A DNA stretch of 64,000 bases from Treponemataceae bacterium (GTDB taxonomy: Bacteria > Spirochaetota > Spirochaetia > Treponematales > Rectinemataceae), in contig CAXXVZ010000003.1 of NCBI GenBank assembly GCA_963678065.2, forward strand, positions 288,001 to 352,000, in the 5' to 3' direction. The position numbers were made by a program, and so were the translations under genes. The notes beneath the pieces are model-generated. The model worked only from the letters and a program-made list of their open reading frames with translations, was not told where the DNA came from and did no database searches. Shown piece by piece: positions 9,001-17,400 of this stretch (position 1 is its first letter; each line of letters opens with the position of its first letter).

Positions 9001-10675
9001 GAAGGACCGCGATGCCATACGCTTCGTGCCCGTCGGCTATCTGCCCACGGAGCCCGATTTTAATCATTTCGACAAAGCTGTCGCGCTGTATGGTCCGATA
9101 GGAAACGCAGGGCTTTATGCCTGGACTCCCGGCGCGAAGCTTTCCTCGTTTGTGTCTTCCCGGTTCTTCCAGACCGAGACGAATCTCAATTACGCCGAGA
9201 TTGAGCGGCGGCTTCCGGGCGGCCGGTTCGAGTACCTTACGTTCAGTCCCAAGGCGGTAGTTGAAGGCGCTATGGACGTCGACTTGTCGGCGCGGGATGT
9301 GATCCGTTTCGTTCCTGCAGCGCTGAAGTCATCTTCTGTGAACAAGGATCGATTCTCCGCCGTCGTCACGCTTGACGGGAGCATAGATCATGCCGGGCCT
9401 CATGCTTGGCGGGAGGGGCTGACGCTGCTTGATGTTGTCGATCCCGCTTACTATAGGATGGATACCAATCTCGATTATGCGGAAATCCGGAGATCCACGC
9501 AGGCAGGGGACGCGATAATCACCTTTGCGCCCAAAAATGTCTGGGCGGATGGGAAGGCCGGGGGCATACGTCTCCAACAGCGCGACGCCGTGTATTTCTT
9601 CCCGAAGTACTACAAGGCTCCTGTTTCTATTTCAGGCGAAGTGCTCAATCCCAAAGTCATTCCCTATTTCGAGGGGATGACCATCCTCGATGTCCTGCGC
9701 GCCGTGGAACCAGCTTCCGAAACACGCGGACTGAAGGCCATCCTGAACCGCGCCGACGGAAAGGACGTCGCAGTCTACCTCGAAGACGTCCTCTATCGAC
9801 AGACGAACTCCTCTATTCCCCTCCTGCCGGGCGACAGCATCACTCTGCAGAAGCTTCTGCCCGACGAACGCCTGCCCCAGATCGTAGTCCGTGGCGCCGT
9901 CGTCAAACCGCAGACACTTCCCTGGAAACAGGGTATGAAGCTGTCGGAAGCGCTGAAGGCCTCTGGCGGCTACGATGTCAACGCCTATCCCAAGGGACTC
10001 GTTCTCATACGGAAGAGCGCCGCCTACGCCCAGCAGCTTCAAGTCGACCGTCTCATCTCGAGCCTCGATGCCGCTTCCCAGGAGGCCAAAACGGCTGCGG
10101 CTGCGGGCTCCTCTCTGAGCGCCTTGGAGGGAGGCGCGACCCTCGTCAATCTCCAGCTTGAACTCATCACGCAGAAGACTCAGCTCGCGGAACTGAAACA
10201 GCTCGGCAAGGAGGGCTTCGGCCGGCTCAATCTCGACCTTCCGCCGACAATCGCCGAGCTGGAAAGGAGTTCTGAGGATGTCCCTATCGAGCGAGACGAC
10301 ACGATCTTCGTGCCGACCACTCCTTCCTACGTGCTCGCGATCGGACAGGTGACCCAGCAGTCCGTCCTTGCGTACAAGAAAGGCATGACCGTCCGCGATG
10401 TCATCGCGGATTCGGGCTGGGCTACCCATGCGGCCGATCTCGGAGCCATCTCCGTCCTGCACTCGAATGGCAAGCTGACGAATTATGCCGGCAAGGGTTT
10501 CCTCTTCTTCCGTCCGAACATTCTCGATCTCACGCTTGAGCCAGGAGATGCTGTGCTCGTGCCGCGGGAGACGGTGAAGGTCAACGCGACCTGGGCATAC
10601 ATCAAGGACTCCGTCACAATCATCTACCAGCTCGTGACGGCGACCGTCTCGACACTGAAAATTCTCGGATTCTAG
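20..10675 (+). CDS. Giant Wza/KpsD-like polysaccharide export protein with ~29 SLBB modules (3551 aa)
   Basis: AGGAG RBS at 7-11 and GTG start. Signal peptide (..APVSA/Q). Poly_export-like DYVLGPQDKL..SVDRAGNIF segment. Repeated V-x-G-x-V-x-x-P-G-x-Y beta-grasp modules. C-terminal amphipathic helix (WAYIKDSVTIIYQLVTATV) like Wza D4. Adjacent to a Wzz-like gene. Confidence 0.9.
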   Translation: MINRKSLSSILAVVFICGLVLAPVSAQTTTLAGLTAAQAAALAAAQGGTSDQSVSAQSPVVNELSVNKAGADAKGSVSTTPISQTPQIQFSIVERMYAATGVGEGDQLTQYGYSLFSGASAPSLASVGDDYVLGPQDKLVLYLWGDPVDIKELQPSYELSVDRAGNIFFAPVGQIAVWGQDLGTFRTLLKAQLDRRYKKLSISVVLGKLREFPVSVAGFAGEPGTVMATGADTLVSVLSRAGGIMKTGSLRSVRLTRAGKSKQESVTVDFYDVLIKGKTLDLRVREGDSVFVPGIGPVAGLAGEIRRPGIYELNGEKTIAELVSLAGGLLPSARSSSASVVRYAGDQKKLIAGDLSTPTFAATPFADGDLVLVGKVNSLVANAIEVTGAVKFPGRYTVESYASLKDLLSKVQVLPETNLYYGRVYRIDASGRDLSFTFSPKDILGGSADYPLRAQDIVVFYRYDYQPANPEADRFPATIVLSGPARYAGLYAWKPGTKLSSIVTKDQFLVGTSLEYAEIERRSVGGKAEYRTFSPRDVISGKYDIELSGRDVIRFVASEYLPAKPDFDKYPETVALYGPAKYKGLYAWKSGLKLGMLLKSAEVLLDANQYYAEIVRPLGGGKNEYLTFAPREVLAGTFDMELRSSDSVKLVSYASKSGGMTRSGAEVAPPATGNGTVMAAGTAGVEAATGQGNSLPSGVTVGGTQANVVGATAASVPGTAAGTTVSAAMGTAPTSAAQNQTEVTSQESVEAQFLEAVSVMGPVRYQGVYARTPNLKLSDVVTADQILQTTNTMYAELTRYLGDGKYEYYAFSPKDVLEKRYDMALAAQDMIRYVTVGYLPAKPDFDRFASAVAVYGPVKAAGLYAWKQGQTLSGLVKYAELVQETNRYYAELKRPIGGGKYEYKTFAPRDVVAGTFELELRASDTVTFYPAGYNPEKPDFERYSEALLVAGSVKYPGLYAKTPGMKLSSLVTKDWFLTTTNTAYGELVRFVKEGVYEYRTFNPSDLIEGKQDFELNGRDVIHFVASEYLPAKPDFDKYPETVALYGPAKYKGLYAWKSGLKLGMLLKSAEVLLDANQYYAEIVRPLGGGKNEYLTFAPREVLAGTFDMELRSSDSVKLVSYASKSGGMTRSGAEVAPPATGNGTVMTAGTAGVEAATGQGNSLPSGVTVGGTQGNVTGTSAAVASVPGTAAGTTVAATMGAAPTSAAQNQTEVTSQEGVEAQFLEAVSVMGPVRYQGVYARTPNLKLSDVVTADQILQTTNTMYAELTRYLGDGKYEYYAFSPKDVLEKRYDMALAAQDMIRYVTVGYLPAKPDFNTYRNFILVTGPVRRPGVYAFSSGMKLSSFVRTEDLLLETNKRYAELTRKNSDGSEKYYSFDPTDIATGKKDMNLTERDQIRFVASEYLPVKPDFDKYPETVALYGPAKYKGLYAWKSGLKLGMLLKSAEVLLDANQYYAEIVRPLGGGKNEYLTFAPREVLAGTFDMELRSSDSVKLVSYASKSGGMTRSGAEVAPPATGNGTVMAAGTAGVEAATGQGNSLPSGVTVGGTQANVVGATAASVPGTAAGTTVSAAMGTAPTSAAQNQTEVTSQESVEAQFLEAVSVMGPVRYQGVYARTPNLKLSDVVTADQILQTTNTMYAELTRYLGDGKYEYYAFSPKDVLEKRYDMALAAQDMIRYVTVGYLPAKPDFDRFASAVAVYGPVKAAGLYAWKQGQTLSGLVKYAELVQETNRYYAELKRPIGGGKYEYKTFAPRDVVAGTFELELRASDTVTFYPAGYNPEKPDFERYSEALLVAGSVKYPGLYAKTPGMKLSSLVTKDWFLTTTNTAYGELVRFVKEGVYEYRTFNPSDLIEGKQDFELNGRDVIHFVASEYLPAKPDFDKYPETVALYGPAKYKGLYAWKSGLKLGMLLKSAEVLLDANQYYAEIVRPLGGGKNEYLTFAPREVLAGTFDMELRSSDSVKLVSYASKSGGMTRSGAEVAPPATGNGTVMTAGTAGVEAATGQGNSLPSGVTVGGTQGNVTGTSAAVASVPGTAAGTTVAATMGAAPTSAAQNQTEVTSQEGVEAQFLEAVSVMGPVRYQGVYARTPNLKLSDVVTADQILQTTNTMYAELTRYLGDGKYEYYAFSPKDVLEKRYDMALAAQDMIRYVTVGYLPAKPDFNTYRNFILVTGPVRRPGVYAFSSGMKLSSFVRTEDLLLETNKRYAELTRKNSDGSEKYYSFDPTDIATGKKDMNLTERDQIRFVASEYLPVKPDFDKYPETVALYGPAKYKGLYAWKSGLKLGMLLKSAEVLLDANQYYAEIVRPLGGGKNEYLTFAPREVLAGTFDMELRSSDSVKLVSYASKSGGMTRSGAEVAPPATGNGTVMAAGTAGVEAATGQGNSLPSGVTVGGTQANVVGATAASVPGTAAGTTVSAAMGTAPTSAAQNQTEVTSQESVEAQFLEAVSVMGPVRYQGVYARTPNLKLSDVVTADQILQTTNTMYAELTRYLGDGKYEYYAFSPKDVLEKRYDMALAAQDMIRYVTVGYLPAKPDFDRFASAVAVYGPVKAAGLYAWKQGQTLSGLVKYAELVQETNRYYAELKRPIGGGKYEYKTFAPRDVVAGTFELELRASDTVTFYPAGYNPEKPDFEHYPEAIHVSGAVRYPGLYALSGNTMLSSILDAEVLRTDTNMAYAELKRYAGEGKYEYTAFAPGDVLARKFDVALSPRDSLRFISVDGPPPAPDFDLFPGSVSITGSVKNGGLYALRRGMKLSDLVKEAALRLDANIYYARFIKTQPGGRNEYRTFAPREVLAGTFDMVLTGSESIRILSISETRQPLGAERNVRTLGAPLVDNSGQVAVGVAPSQGNTIPAPATSAASTVVAAKIDEKSVLSPSAQVGVPAGQTQGSALAQTAVNPLPVQDAGKASEPVLTDIVTVEEDPEAKLYPQVVTVSGPVKYFGYYARTPGLKLSSILDKEQILPSTHTGYAELTRFVGDGRYEYLTFSPKDVLDGRFDLVLKDRDAIRFVPVGYLPTEPDFNHFDKAVALYGPIGNAGLYAWTPGAKLSSFVSSRFFQTETNLNYAEIERRLPGGRFEYLTFSPKAVVEGAMDVDLSARDVIRFVPAALKSSSVNKDRFSAVVTLDGSIDHAGPHAWREGLTLLDVVDPAYYRMDTNLDYAEIRRSTQAGDAIITFAPKNVWADGKAGGIRLQQRDAVYFFPKYYKAPVSISGEVLNPKVIPYFEGMTILDVLRAVEPASETRGLKAILNRADGKDVAVYLEDVLYRQTNSSIPLLPGDSITLQKLLPDERLPQIVVRGAVVKPQTLPWKQGMKLSEALKASGGYDVNAYPKGLVLIRKSAAYAQQLQVDRLISSLDAASQEAKTAAAAGSSLSALEGGATLVNLQLELITQKTQLAELKQLGKEGFGRLNLDLPPTIAELERSSEDVPIERDDTIFVPTTPSYVLAIGQVTQQSVLAYKKGMTVRDVIADSGWATHAADLGAISVLHSNGKLTNYAGKGFLFFRPNILDLTLEPGDAVLVPRETVKVNATWAYIKDSVTIIYQLVTATVSTLKILGF
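1675..7899 (+). repeat. In-frame intragenic tandem repeat, period 2529 bp (843 aa), ~2.5 copies, with nested ~880-bp sub-repeat (5 copies)
   Basis: gattcgttttgtggcatc recurs at 1675, 4204 and 6733. The sub-repeat recurs near 1681, 3085, 4210, 5614 and 6739. Shadow ORFs in the track recur with the same 2529 offset. Confidence 0.97.
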
Positions 10676-10685
10676 GGGGAACACG

Positions 10686-11957
10686 GTGACCGACAACACG
10701 CTTCAGAACAGTCCCCAGTCTCTCCCGGGCAGTCCCGGACAGAACGACGATGAGATCAGTCTCGTGGACCTTGCTGCCGTCCTGTGGCGGCGCAAGGTCC
10801 TGATAATCGGCATAACGGTTCTCGCTGCCGTCCTGTCCGTGCTCTATGCCTTGAGCCAGCCGAACAAGTATTCCGCCCAGGCCGTGATCATGCCTATCGC
10901 GCAGGACAAATCATCTTCTCTTTCCCAGTACGCCGGGCTTGCCGCCATGGCTGGAGTGAGCTTGCCGGGAGGGAGTTCGGCGAGCCCTGTCGCTAAAATT
11001 ACGGCTATTCTCAAGAGTCGCACCCTTGCGGAGCGACTCGTGGACGAGCTTGGACTCGTGGACCGGCTCCTGGAAAAGCCGAAGAATGCACCAAAAATTA
11101 GATCCGGAGAGAAGCCCGCCGACCCCCGCATGATGGCTGTGGGATCGCTTATGAAAGGAGCATTCTCGGCGTCGGTGGACGACAAAACCTCGGTGATCAA
11201 AGTGTCCTCGACCACAAGGGACCCTGTTCTCTCCCGCGATATCGCCAATGGCGGCGTCAAGATTCTAGAAGATCTCCTCAACGAAAAGGCTCTCACGGTG
11301 AGTTCGAAATCCATCAAGGTTTTGGAGGAGCAGACGGCCGGGCAGGAAAAGAAGGTCAAAGAGCTGCAGGCCAAACTTTCGAGCTACCAGAAGCGCACCA
11401 AGGTCATCCAGCCTGAGGGGCAGCTCTCCGCTTCCCTTACCTTGTATCAAGGCCTGATCACTCAGAAAATCGGTCTTGAAGTCGAACTTGAACGGCTCCA
11501 GAGCGCCCTCTCCTCCGACAATGCCAAAGTGGTCTCCGCCAAAGCCCAGCTCTCGGCCATCCAGAGGCAGATCACATCTCTCGAAAAAACCGGCCTCGGC
11601 ATAGGTCCTTCGCTCTCTTCTGCTTCCGATATCGGAATGGAATACAGCAACATCCAGGGTGAGCTCGAGCTCGCGGCCAAACTCTACGGAGGACTTCTCG
11701 CCAGTCTTGAGAACGCCCGTCTCCAGAAAAATGACGACCAGCTCTATGTCGAAGTCATCGACCCGGCGATTACACCTGATAAGAAGTCTGAACCGAGTCG
11801 TTCAATGATTTGTGCCGTCGGTACATTGGCGGGCGCCTTCTTGGGCATTCTTCTTTCCTTCGTCCTCGACGCGCTTGCCAAAATCGCCGCCGATCCCGAG
11901 ATCCGCACCAAGTTTGCTTCCTCCCGCGCGGCCCGTAAAGGTCGGAATTCCCGGTAG
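10686..11957 (+). CDS. Wzz/GumC-family polysaccharide co-polymerase (chain-length determinant)
   Basis: N-terminal DEISLVDLAAVLWRRK plus TM, coiled coil, C-terminal VIDPAITPDKKSEPSR plus TM. No kinase domain. Confidence 0.88.
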   Translation: MTDNTLQNSPQSLPGSPGQNDDEISLVDLAAVLWRRKVLIIGITVLAAVLSVLYALSQPNKYSAQAVIMPIAQDKSSSLSQYAGLAAMAGVSLPGGSSASPVAKITAILKSRTLAERLVDELGLVDRLLEKPKNAPKIRSGEKPADPRMMAVGSLMKGAFSASVDDKTSVIKVSSTTRDPVLSRDIANGGVKILEDLLNEKALTVSSKSIKVLEEQTAGQEKKVKELQAKLSSYQKRTKVIQPEGQLSASLTLYQGLITQKIGLEVELERLQSALSSDNAKVVSAKAQLSAIQRQITSLEKTGLGIGPSLSSASDIGMEYSNIQGELELAAKLYGGLLASLENARLQKNDDQLYVEVIDPAITPDKKSEPSRSMICAVGTLAGAFLGILLSFVLDALAKIAADPEIRTKFASSRAARKGRNSR

Positions 11958-11995
11958 GTGCTCGGGTCGGCTTGGTTATGTCTTCAGGTCTATAC

Positions 11996-12026
11996 AGGGC
12001 GTCCCTTCGCGGGACGCCTTTTTTTT
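11996..12026 (+). terminator. Intrinsic terminator after wzz-like gene
   Basis: agggcgtccc-ttcgc-gggacgcctt hairpin followed by a T run. Confidence 0.85.
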
Positions 12027-12069
12027 GCTTCCTTGAAGGGCATTGGCCTTGGGAAATGCTGGTTTTCGC

Positions 12070-12098
12070 TTGAACCACATCGTCGGCGAGTTTATCAT
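12070..12098 (+). promoter_or_regulatory. sigma70 promoter, leaderless geometry
   Basis: TTGAAC-17-TATCAT-6 nt-ATG(12105); no SD. Confidence 0.65.
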
Positions 12099-12104
12099 CG
12101 ACGC

Positions 12105-13190
12105 ATGATCACGATAGCCTTCCTCCTTTCCGGCGCGATCGCGGCGGCTGTACTTCCTGCGATCATCGCATATGCCGCGCACAACCGGCTTTTCGATCCG
12201 GTCGACGCGCGGAAGATACACTCGGGCGAAGTATCTCGCCTGGGCGGGGTAGGAGTCTTCATCGCCTTCGTCCTGACTATCGCTGCCTTTGCCGTGCTAG
12301 CGAACTCGGTCATGACGCATATAGGCCGGGAACTGCGGTATTGGCCGGTCATGGCCGGCATCCTTTCCATGTTTATCCTCGGCCTCGTGGACGATCTCAG
12401 AAATCTTCGCGCCCGTTTCAAGCTTGTGATACAGCTGGCTGCGGCCTGTCTCGTGGTCTGTTCCGGATTTCGCTTCAGCGTGTTCTATATTCCCTTCGGT
12501 GACGGCCGCATCGACTTTGGCTGGTTTTCCTGGCCTCTCAGCATCGCGTGGATCGTCGGTGTTACCAACGCCATGAATCTCATCGACGGCCTGGATGGCC
12601 TTTCGGGCGGTATCACTGTCATAGCCTCCGCTGCCTTCGGTTGTTTCTTCCTTGTCAGGGGCGATACTTCCTCCGCTGTCATCTGTTTCGCCCTCTGTGG
12701 TGCCGCAGGCGGTTTTCTATTGTATAACTGGCCGGTGGCAAAGATCTTCATGGGAGATGCGGGCGCCCTCTTTATCGGCTTCACCCTCTCCGTCCTTCCT
12801 CTTCTCAACCAGAGCGCCGCTTTTTCCGATATCGGTCTTCTTTCCGCCCTGGCAATTCTCGGCATTCCCATACTTGACACGCTCGCCGCCATCTGGAGGC
12901 GTACAAAGGCTGGTGTCCACTTTTTTACGCCTGATCGCGGCCATATACACCACATGTTCCTGGACCTCGGCTTCAGCGTCTGGAAGATTCTTGGCATGGT
13001 CTATTCTGCATGTTTCGCCTTGTCGGTCTGCGCCCTGTCATTTCTCTTCCTGCCCGAGCGGCTCAGTTTTCTTCTGACCCTTGCCGGCCTTACTGTTCTC
13101 GTCTATATGTATGCCCTCCTCAGGGCGAGGACGGCGCTCAGACGCGAGATCGCCTCGCAGAAGGCAATTAATTTTTCCTCAAAGGATTGA
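12105..13190 (+). CDS. WecA/TagO-like undecaprenyl-phosphate HexNAc-1-P transferase (MraY/GT4 family), paralog 1
   Basis: RKIH..RLGG, GLVDD, NAMNLIDGLDG, FMGDAG and DRGHIHH motifs. Start moved to ATG 12105. Confidence 0.88.
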   Translation: MITIAFLLSGAIAAAVLPAIIAYAAHNRLFDPVDARKIHSGEVSRLGGVGVFIAFVLTIAAFAVLANSVMTHIGRELRYWPVMAGILSMFILGLVDDLRNLRARFKLVIQLAAACLVVCSGFRFSVFYIPFGDGRIDFGWFSWPLSIAWIVGVTNAMNLIDGLDGLSGGITVIASAAFGCFFLVRGDTSSAVICFALCGAAGGFLLYNWPVAKIFMGDAGALFIGFTLSVLPLLNQSAAFSDIGLLSALAILGIPILDTLAAIWRRTKAGVHFFTPDRGHIHHMFLDLGFSVWKILGMVYSACFALSVCALSFLFLPERLSFLLTLAGLTVLVYMYALLRARTALRREIASQKAINFSSKD

Positions 13191-13255
13191 ACCGCCTCCG
13201 GAAATAGTTTATAAAATACCTATCTGAGTTGTGCTGAAGTATTGCGGAGATTTAC

Positions 13256-14395
13256 ATGCAGAGCGTCGCGTTCATGGTGGCTGCAATTCTGTCTGTTGCC
13301 ATCACGCCGGGCATCATCTGGTTCGCCCGCAGTAAAAATCTCTTCGATTCAACCGGAGGGCGCAAGATCCATTCCGGCAAAGTCCCCCGGCTTGGTGGCA
13401 TCGGGGTCTTCGCCGCTTTCATAATGACGATTTTTGTTTTTGTCCTCCTCGAAAGAAGCATCCGTTCCGATCTATCCTCCGATTTTCGCTACTGGCCTGT
13501 CTTTAGTGGCCTGGTTGTTGTTTTTCTGCTCGGACTTGTCGACGATCTCAGGAATCTTCGTGCACGTTTCAAAGCCCTTGTTCAGCTCGCCGTCGCCATC
13601 CTGGTCGTCTCCATGGGCTTCCGTTTCCGGATTATCCTTGTGCCATGGGGCGGCGGCGTACTGAACCTGGGATTGCTCTCTGTTCCCCTCACCATCGCCT
13701 GGATCATCGGTGTCACGAATGCCACCAACCTCATAGACGGCATGGATGGGCTTTTGGGCGGCATAACTGTCCTCGCGGCCTCCGCCTTCGGCTTTTTTTT
13801 CGCCTTCAAGCGTGACACCTCTTCGATGGTTATCTGCTTCGCCCTCGCAGGCGCCTCTGCGGGCTTTCTCCCCTACAATCTTCCCAAGGCCAAAATCTTC
13901 ATGGGCGATGCCGGGGCGCTCTTCATAGGCTTCACGCTCTCTGTCCTGCCTCTCCTCAATCAAACGGACTCATCTGCCGAAATCGGCCTCATTTCCGCTG
14001 TCACCGTCCTTGGCATTCCCATACTCGACACCCTTGCAGCCATGTACCGAAGAAAACGGGCCGGCGTTCACTTCTTTACACCCGACCGGGGTCACATCCA
14101 CCACCTATTCCTGGATCTTGGCTACACTGTCTGGGGCATCCTCGCGCGCATCTACGCTGTATGCATTTTCCTCGATCTCGCCGCACTCTCTACTCTCTTC
14201 CTTCCCGGAGCGACAAGCTTCACGCTCAAACTCGTTTCTCTCTTTTTTCTCCTCGTGACCTACAGATTCCTCGTGCAGCGTGCCCGCGCGGTGGAGGGTT
14301 CCGGTATCTCCCTGGTCGGAAGCAATTCTGTCCCTGGCAGAGACAGCCAACCTGAAGCTTCCGCGTCGCTCCGTGCTGCCGAAAAAGAGGCATGA
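13256..14395 (+). CDS. WecA/TagO-like transferase, paralog 2
   Basis: Same motif set (GLVDDLRNLRARFK, NLIDGMDG, FMGDAG, DRGHIHH); GGAG RBS. Confidence 0.88.
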   Translation: MQSVAFMVAAILSVAITPGIIWFARSKNLFDSTGGRKIHSGKVPRLGGIGVFAAFIMTIFVFVLLERSIRSDLSSDFRYWPVFSGLVVVFLLGLVDDLRNLRARFKALVQLAVAILVVSMGFRFRIILVPWGGGVLNLGLLSVPLTIAWIIGVTNATNLIDGMDGLLGGITVLAASAFGFFFAFKRDTSSMVICFALAGASAGFLPYNLPKAKIFMGDAGALFIGFTLSVLPLLNQTDSSAEIGLISAVTVLGIPILDTLAAMYRRKRAGVHFFTPDRGHIHHLFLDLGYTVWGILARIYAVCIFLDLAALSTLFLPGATSFTLKLVSLFFLLVTYRFLVQRARAVEGSGISLVGSNSVPGRDSQPEASASLRAAEKEA

Positions 14396-14444
14396 TTCAC
14401 GGGATTCTGGCCGACTTCTCCGTTTGTCCGACCGGCAGAGCCAC

Positions 14445-14473
14445 TTGTTCACTCCAGTCCTTCATTTTACACT
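14445..14473 (+). promoter_or_regulatory. sigma70 promoter, leaderless geometry
   Basis: TTGTTC-17-TACACT-6 nt-ATG(14480). Confidence 0.6.
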
Positions 14474-14479
14474 GCACGC

Positions 14480-17400
14480 ATGACAGTTCCATCCCCCGAC
14501 AACGCCATATCCGACCTTTCCCTGCGCGAGGGTGAGCGTCGCACCGTCACCGTCCTCTTTTCAGACATGCAAGACTTCACTCGCTTCTCGTCGGGATCCG
14601 ATCCCGAGGTGGTGGACGCTCTCATGAGTCGGGTCTTCGACGCCTTCGAGTCTGTGGTTCTCTCTCGGGGTGGGATGGTGGAGAAGTACATCGGGGATGC
14701 CCTCGTCGCTGTCTTCGGCTATCCGGTCCTCCACGAAGACGACCCGGTCCGCGCCCTGGATGCCGCCCTTGAGTTCAACGCTGCCGTGGCCGCCCTTTCG
14801 TCGTCCCCGCCGGTCTTCCGTACAGGCATCCACACTGGCCTCGTTGCGACGGGCAGACGAGGCCAGTTCGACGTCGTGACGGGTCACACAATGTCCTGCG
14901 CCTCGCGCATAGAGGGCCGTTCGATGCCGGGGCAGGTCCTCGTCTCCGAGGAGACTGTCGAGCGCTGCCGCAACTTTTTCGTCTTCGGCGACATCCAGCG
15001 CTTCATGCCCAAGGGGGACAGCCAGATCCTCACGGTCCGTCCCCTCATCGGGAGACGCCGTGCCTCGGTCCAGTACGAGACACCCTTTGTCGGCCGCTCC
15101 GACGAGCTCGACTCCCTTGTGGGGGCCTTCGTCCGTCCCATGGGCTCCGAGCGTTACGGGATCTACATCCACGGCGACGCAGGACTCGGCAAATCCCGCC
15201 TCGCTGTCGAGTTCTGCACCCGCCTCAAGCGCTACCCTGAATTCCACTCCCTCATACTCTTCGCGAATCCTTCCCTCTACCCCGAGCTTCCCTACAGCAC
15301 CATCCTCCGCCTTATTCTGGACGCTCTCGACCTCGACTCGAGCGTCTCCCTGGCGAGTATTCAGGTGGCTCTTTTGCGCCTCATGCCCAGTCCTCCCCGC
15401 GAACTGTCCACCGTGCTCGAGTGCCTCCTCAGGGTTTCGCGGCCGGGCGCCTCGAGTAGCCCGGGACCTGCTCAGGCCCAGCTCAGGCAGATGGGGGAGG
15501 GCCAGATTCTCGACGTGCTCGCCGGAGTCTTCGACGCGATCTTCTCATCCTGTTGCTCCATCTATCCCGGACTTGTCATTCTCGACAACGCCTCGATGAT
15601 GGATGAGTTGAGTCGCGGGTTCTTCCGCCACTATCTCTCGGGTTCGGGCGAGCGTCCTTTTTTCGTTCTCTGCGACCGCGCGCCGCACAAGGAGATCGCC
15701 TCGATCTTCGGCATCTCGAACCTCATCGCACTCGACACTCTCGCCGACGATGAATCCACCGAACTCGTCAGGCTTCTCGCAGGATCTCAGGTCGACGGAG
15801 CCCTCGTGGAGCGTATAGTCCAGCTCGCCCAGGGCTACCCCCTCTTCATCGAGGAATACGCGAGGCTTGCAGCCCGTGGTAGATCGATGGACGAGATGCC
15901 CGACACGGTGCAGACGGCCGTGTTGTCGTCGATGGACCGCTTCGAACCGGAACCGCGCTCGCTTCTGCCGCGCGTTTCTGTCTTCAAGTATCCCTTCACG
16001 TGCGAGGCGGCTGCCATGATGGCCGGGATGGAGCCCTTCCCCGTGCGGAATCTCGAAGACTGCCTCGCCCGCCTCGTGGAGGATGGCATACTTGTGCGCG
16101 GCACCTCGGGCTTCTACGGCTTCCGCCACGCCCGTATCCGGGAAGCCCTCTACGGCTCCATCCTCAACCACAACAAGCGCATCCTCCACGGACGCGCGGC
16201 CGAAGCCCTTCTCGCCTACACACCCTCGCGCGAGGACGAAATTCTCTACCACCTCGTCGGCGCTCAGGACTGGGAGAAGGCCCGCGCCTACCTCTTCAAC
16301 ATCGTCACCTCGCTCGGCATCGACTCCGAGCCCGTCGTGCGGCGCCTTCTCGAGGCTACCGGCCCCGACATGCCCGAAGCTCGCATCGAGATGCTCTTCA
16401 AGGAGTATGCGGTCCGCTTCAACAACCACGTCTACGAGGGCCTCGAGGACATCCTTTTCGAGATGCACCGCCTCGCCTGTTCGACGAAGCTCGACGCTCC
16501 GCTTGCCCGCACCTATCACCTCTTCATGACGTATTATCTGAAATTCGGAGATCCTTACGCCGCCGTGCGCTTCGGCGAGCGCGCCCTCGACCGTTACGCC
16601 TCGGGAACGAATCCCCGTGGGGCCTCCAATGCGCGCTTCTTTCTCTCCGAAGCCTACTGCCGGCTGGGCAACTACAGTCGCTCCCTGGAAATCCTCGCCG
16701 ACATTCCCTGCGACAACCCGCAGGGCGAACTCTTCCACGCCAAGACCATGCTCATCCACAAGCAGTACCGCTCGGACTACGCAGGCATCGAGGAATGGAG
16801 GCTGAGGGTTCTGGAACTCGAAACGAAAGCGGGCAACGAGAAGGCCATGCTGGACGCGAAGTTCCTCTGGTACTCCTATATGCTCCAGAACTTCGAGATC
16901 GACCGAGTCGACGAATCAGGTCTGCCCGAGGCCACATCCGGCGCCGACGTCGACACGTCATTCTTCTTCAATGCCAGCGTCGCCTCTGCCCTAGCGCGGA
17001 CGGGGCGCAAGGAAGAGGCCACCGAACGCTTCTCCCGCGCCGAATACTTCGCCGCCCAGATGCCCGGCTCCGACATGGAGTGTGCCGCCGACATGTGGCT
17101 CGCCTGGTCCTATTGGTTCGCCCCCGGAAACGCCCAGCGCGCCGGCTTCTGGGCTCGGCGCGCCCTCGACGCCGCCCTCAGCTCGCGCTCTGTCTGGCTC
17201 GAATTCGAATCTCTCGTCTTCCTCGCCATGCACGCACGCGATTCCGGCGACACCGTACTCTACACAAGCTACATCCGCGAAGCCGAAAGCCTTTCCCGCT
17301 GGACCTTCCACCGTGAACGCCGCGTCGAATCCATCTTTCACTTCCTGAAAGGCGACCCCGCCCGCGCCCGCGATCTTCTCGCCGACGAAGTCGCCTCCCT

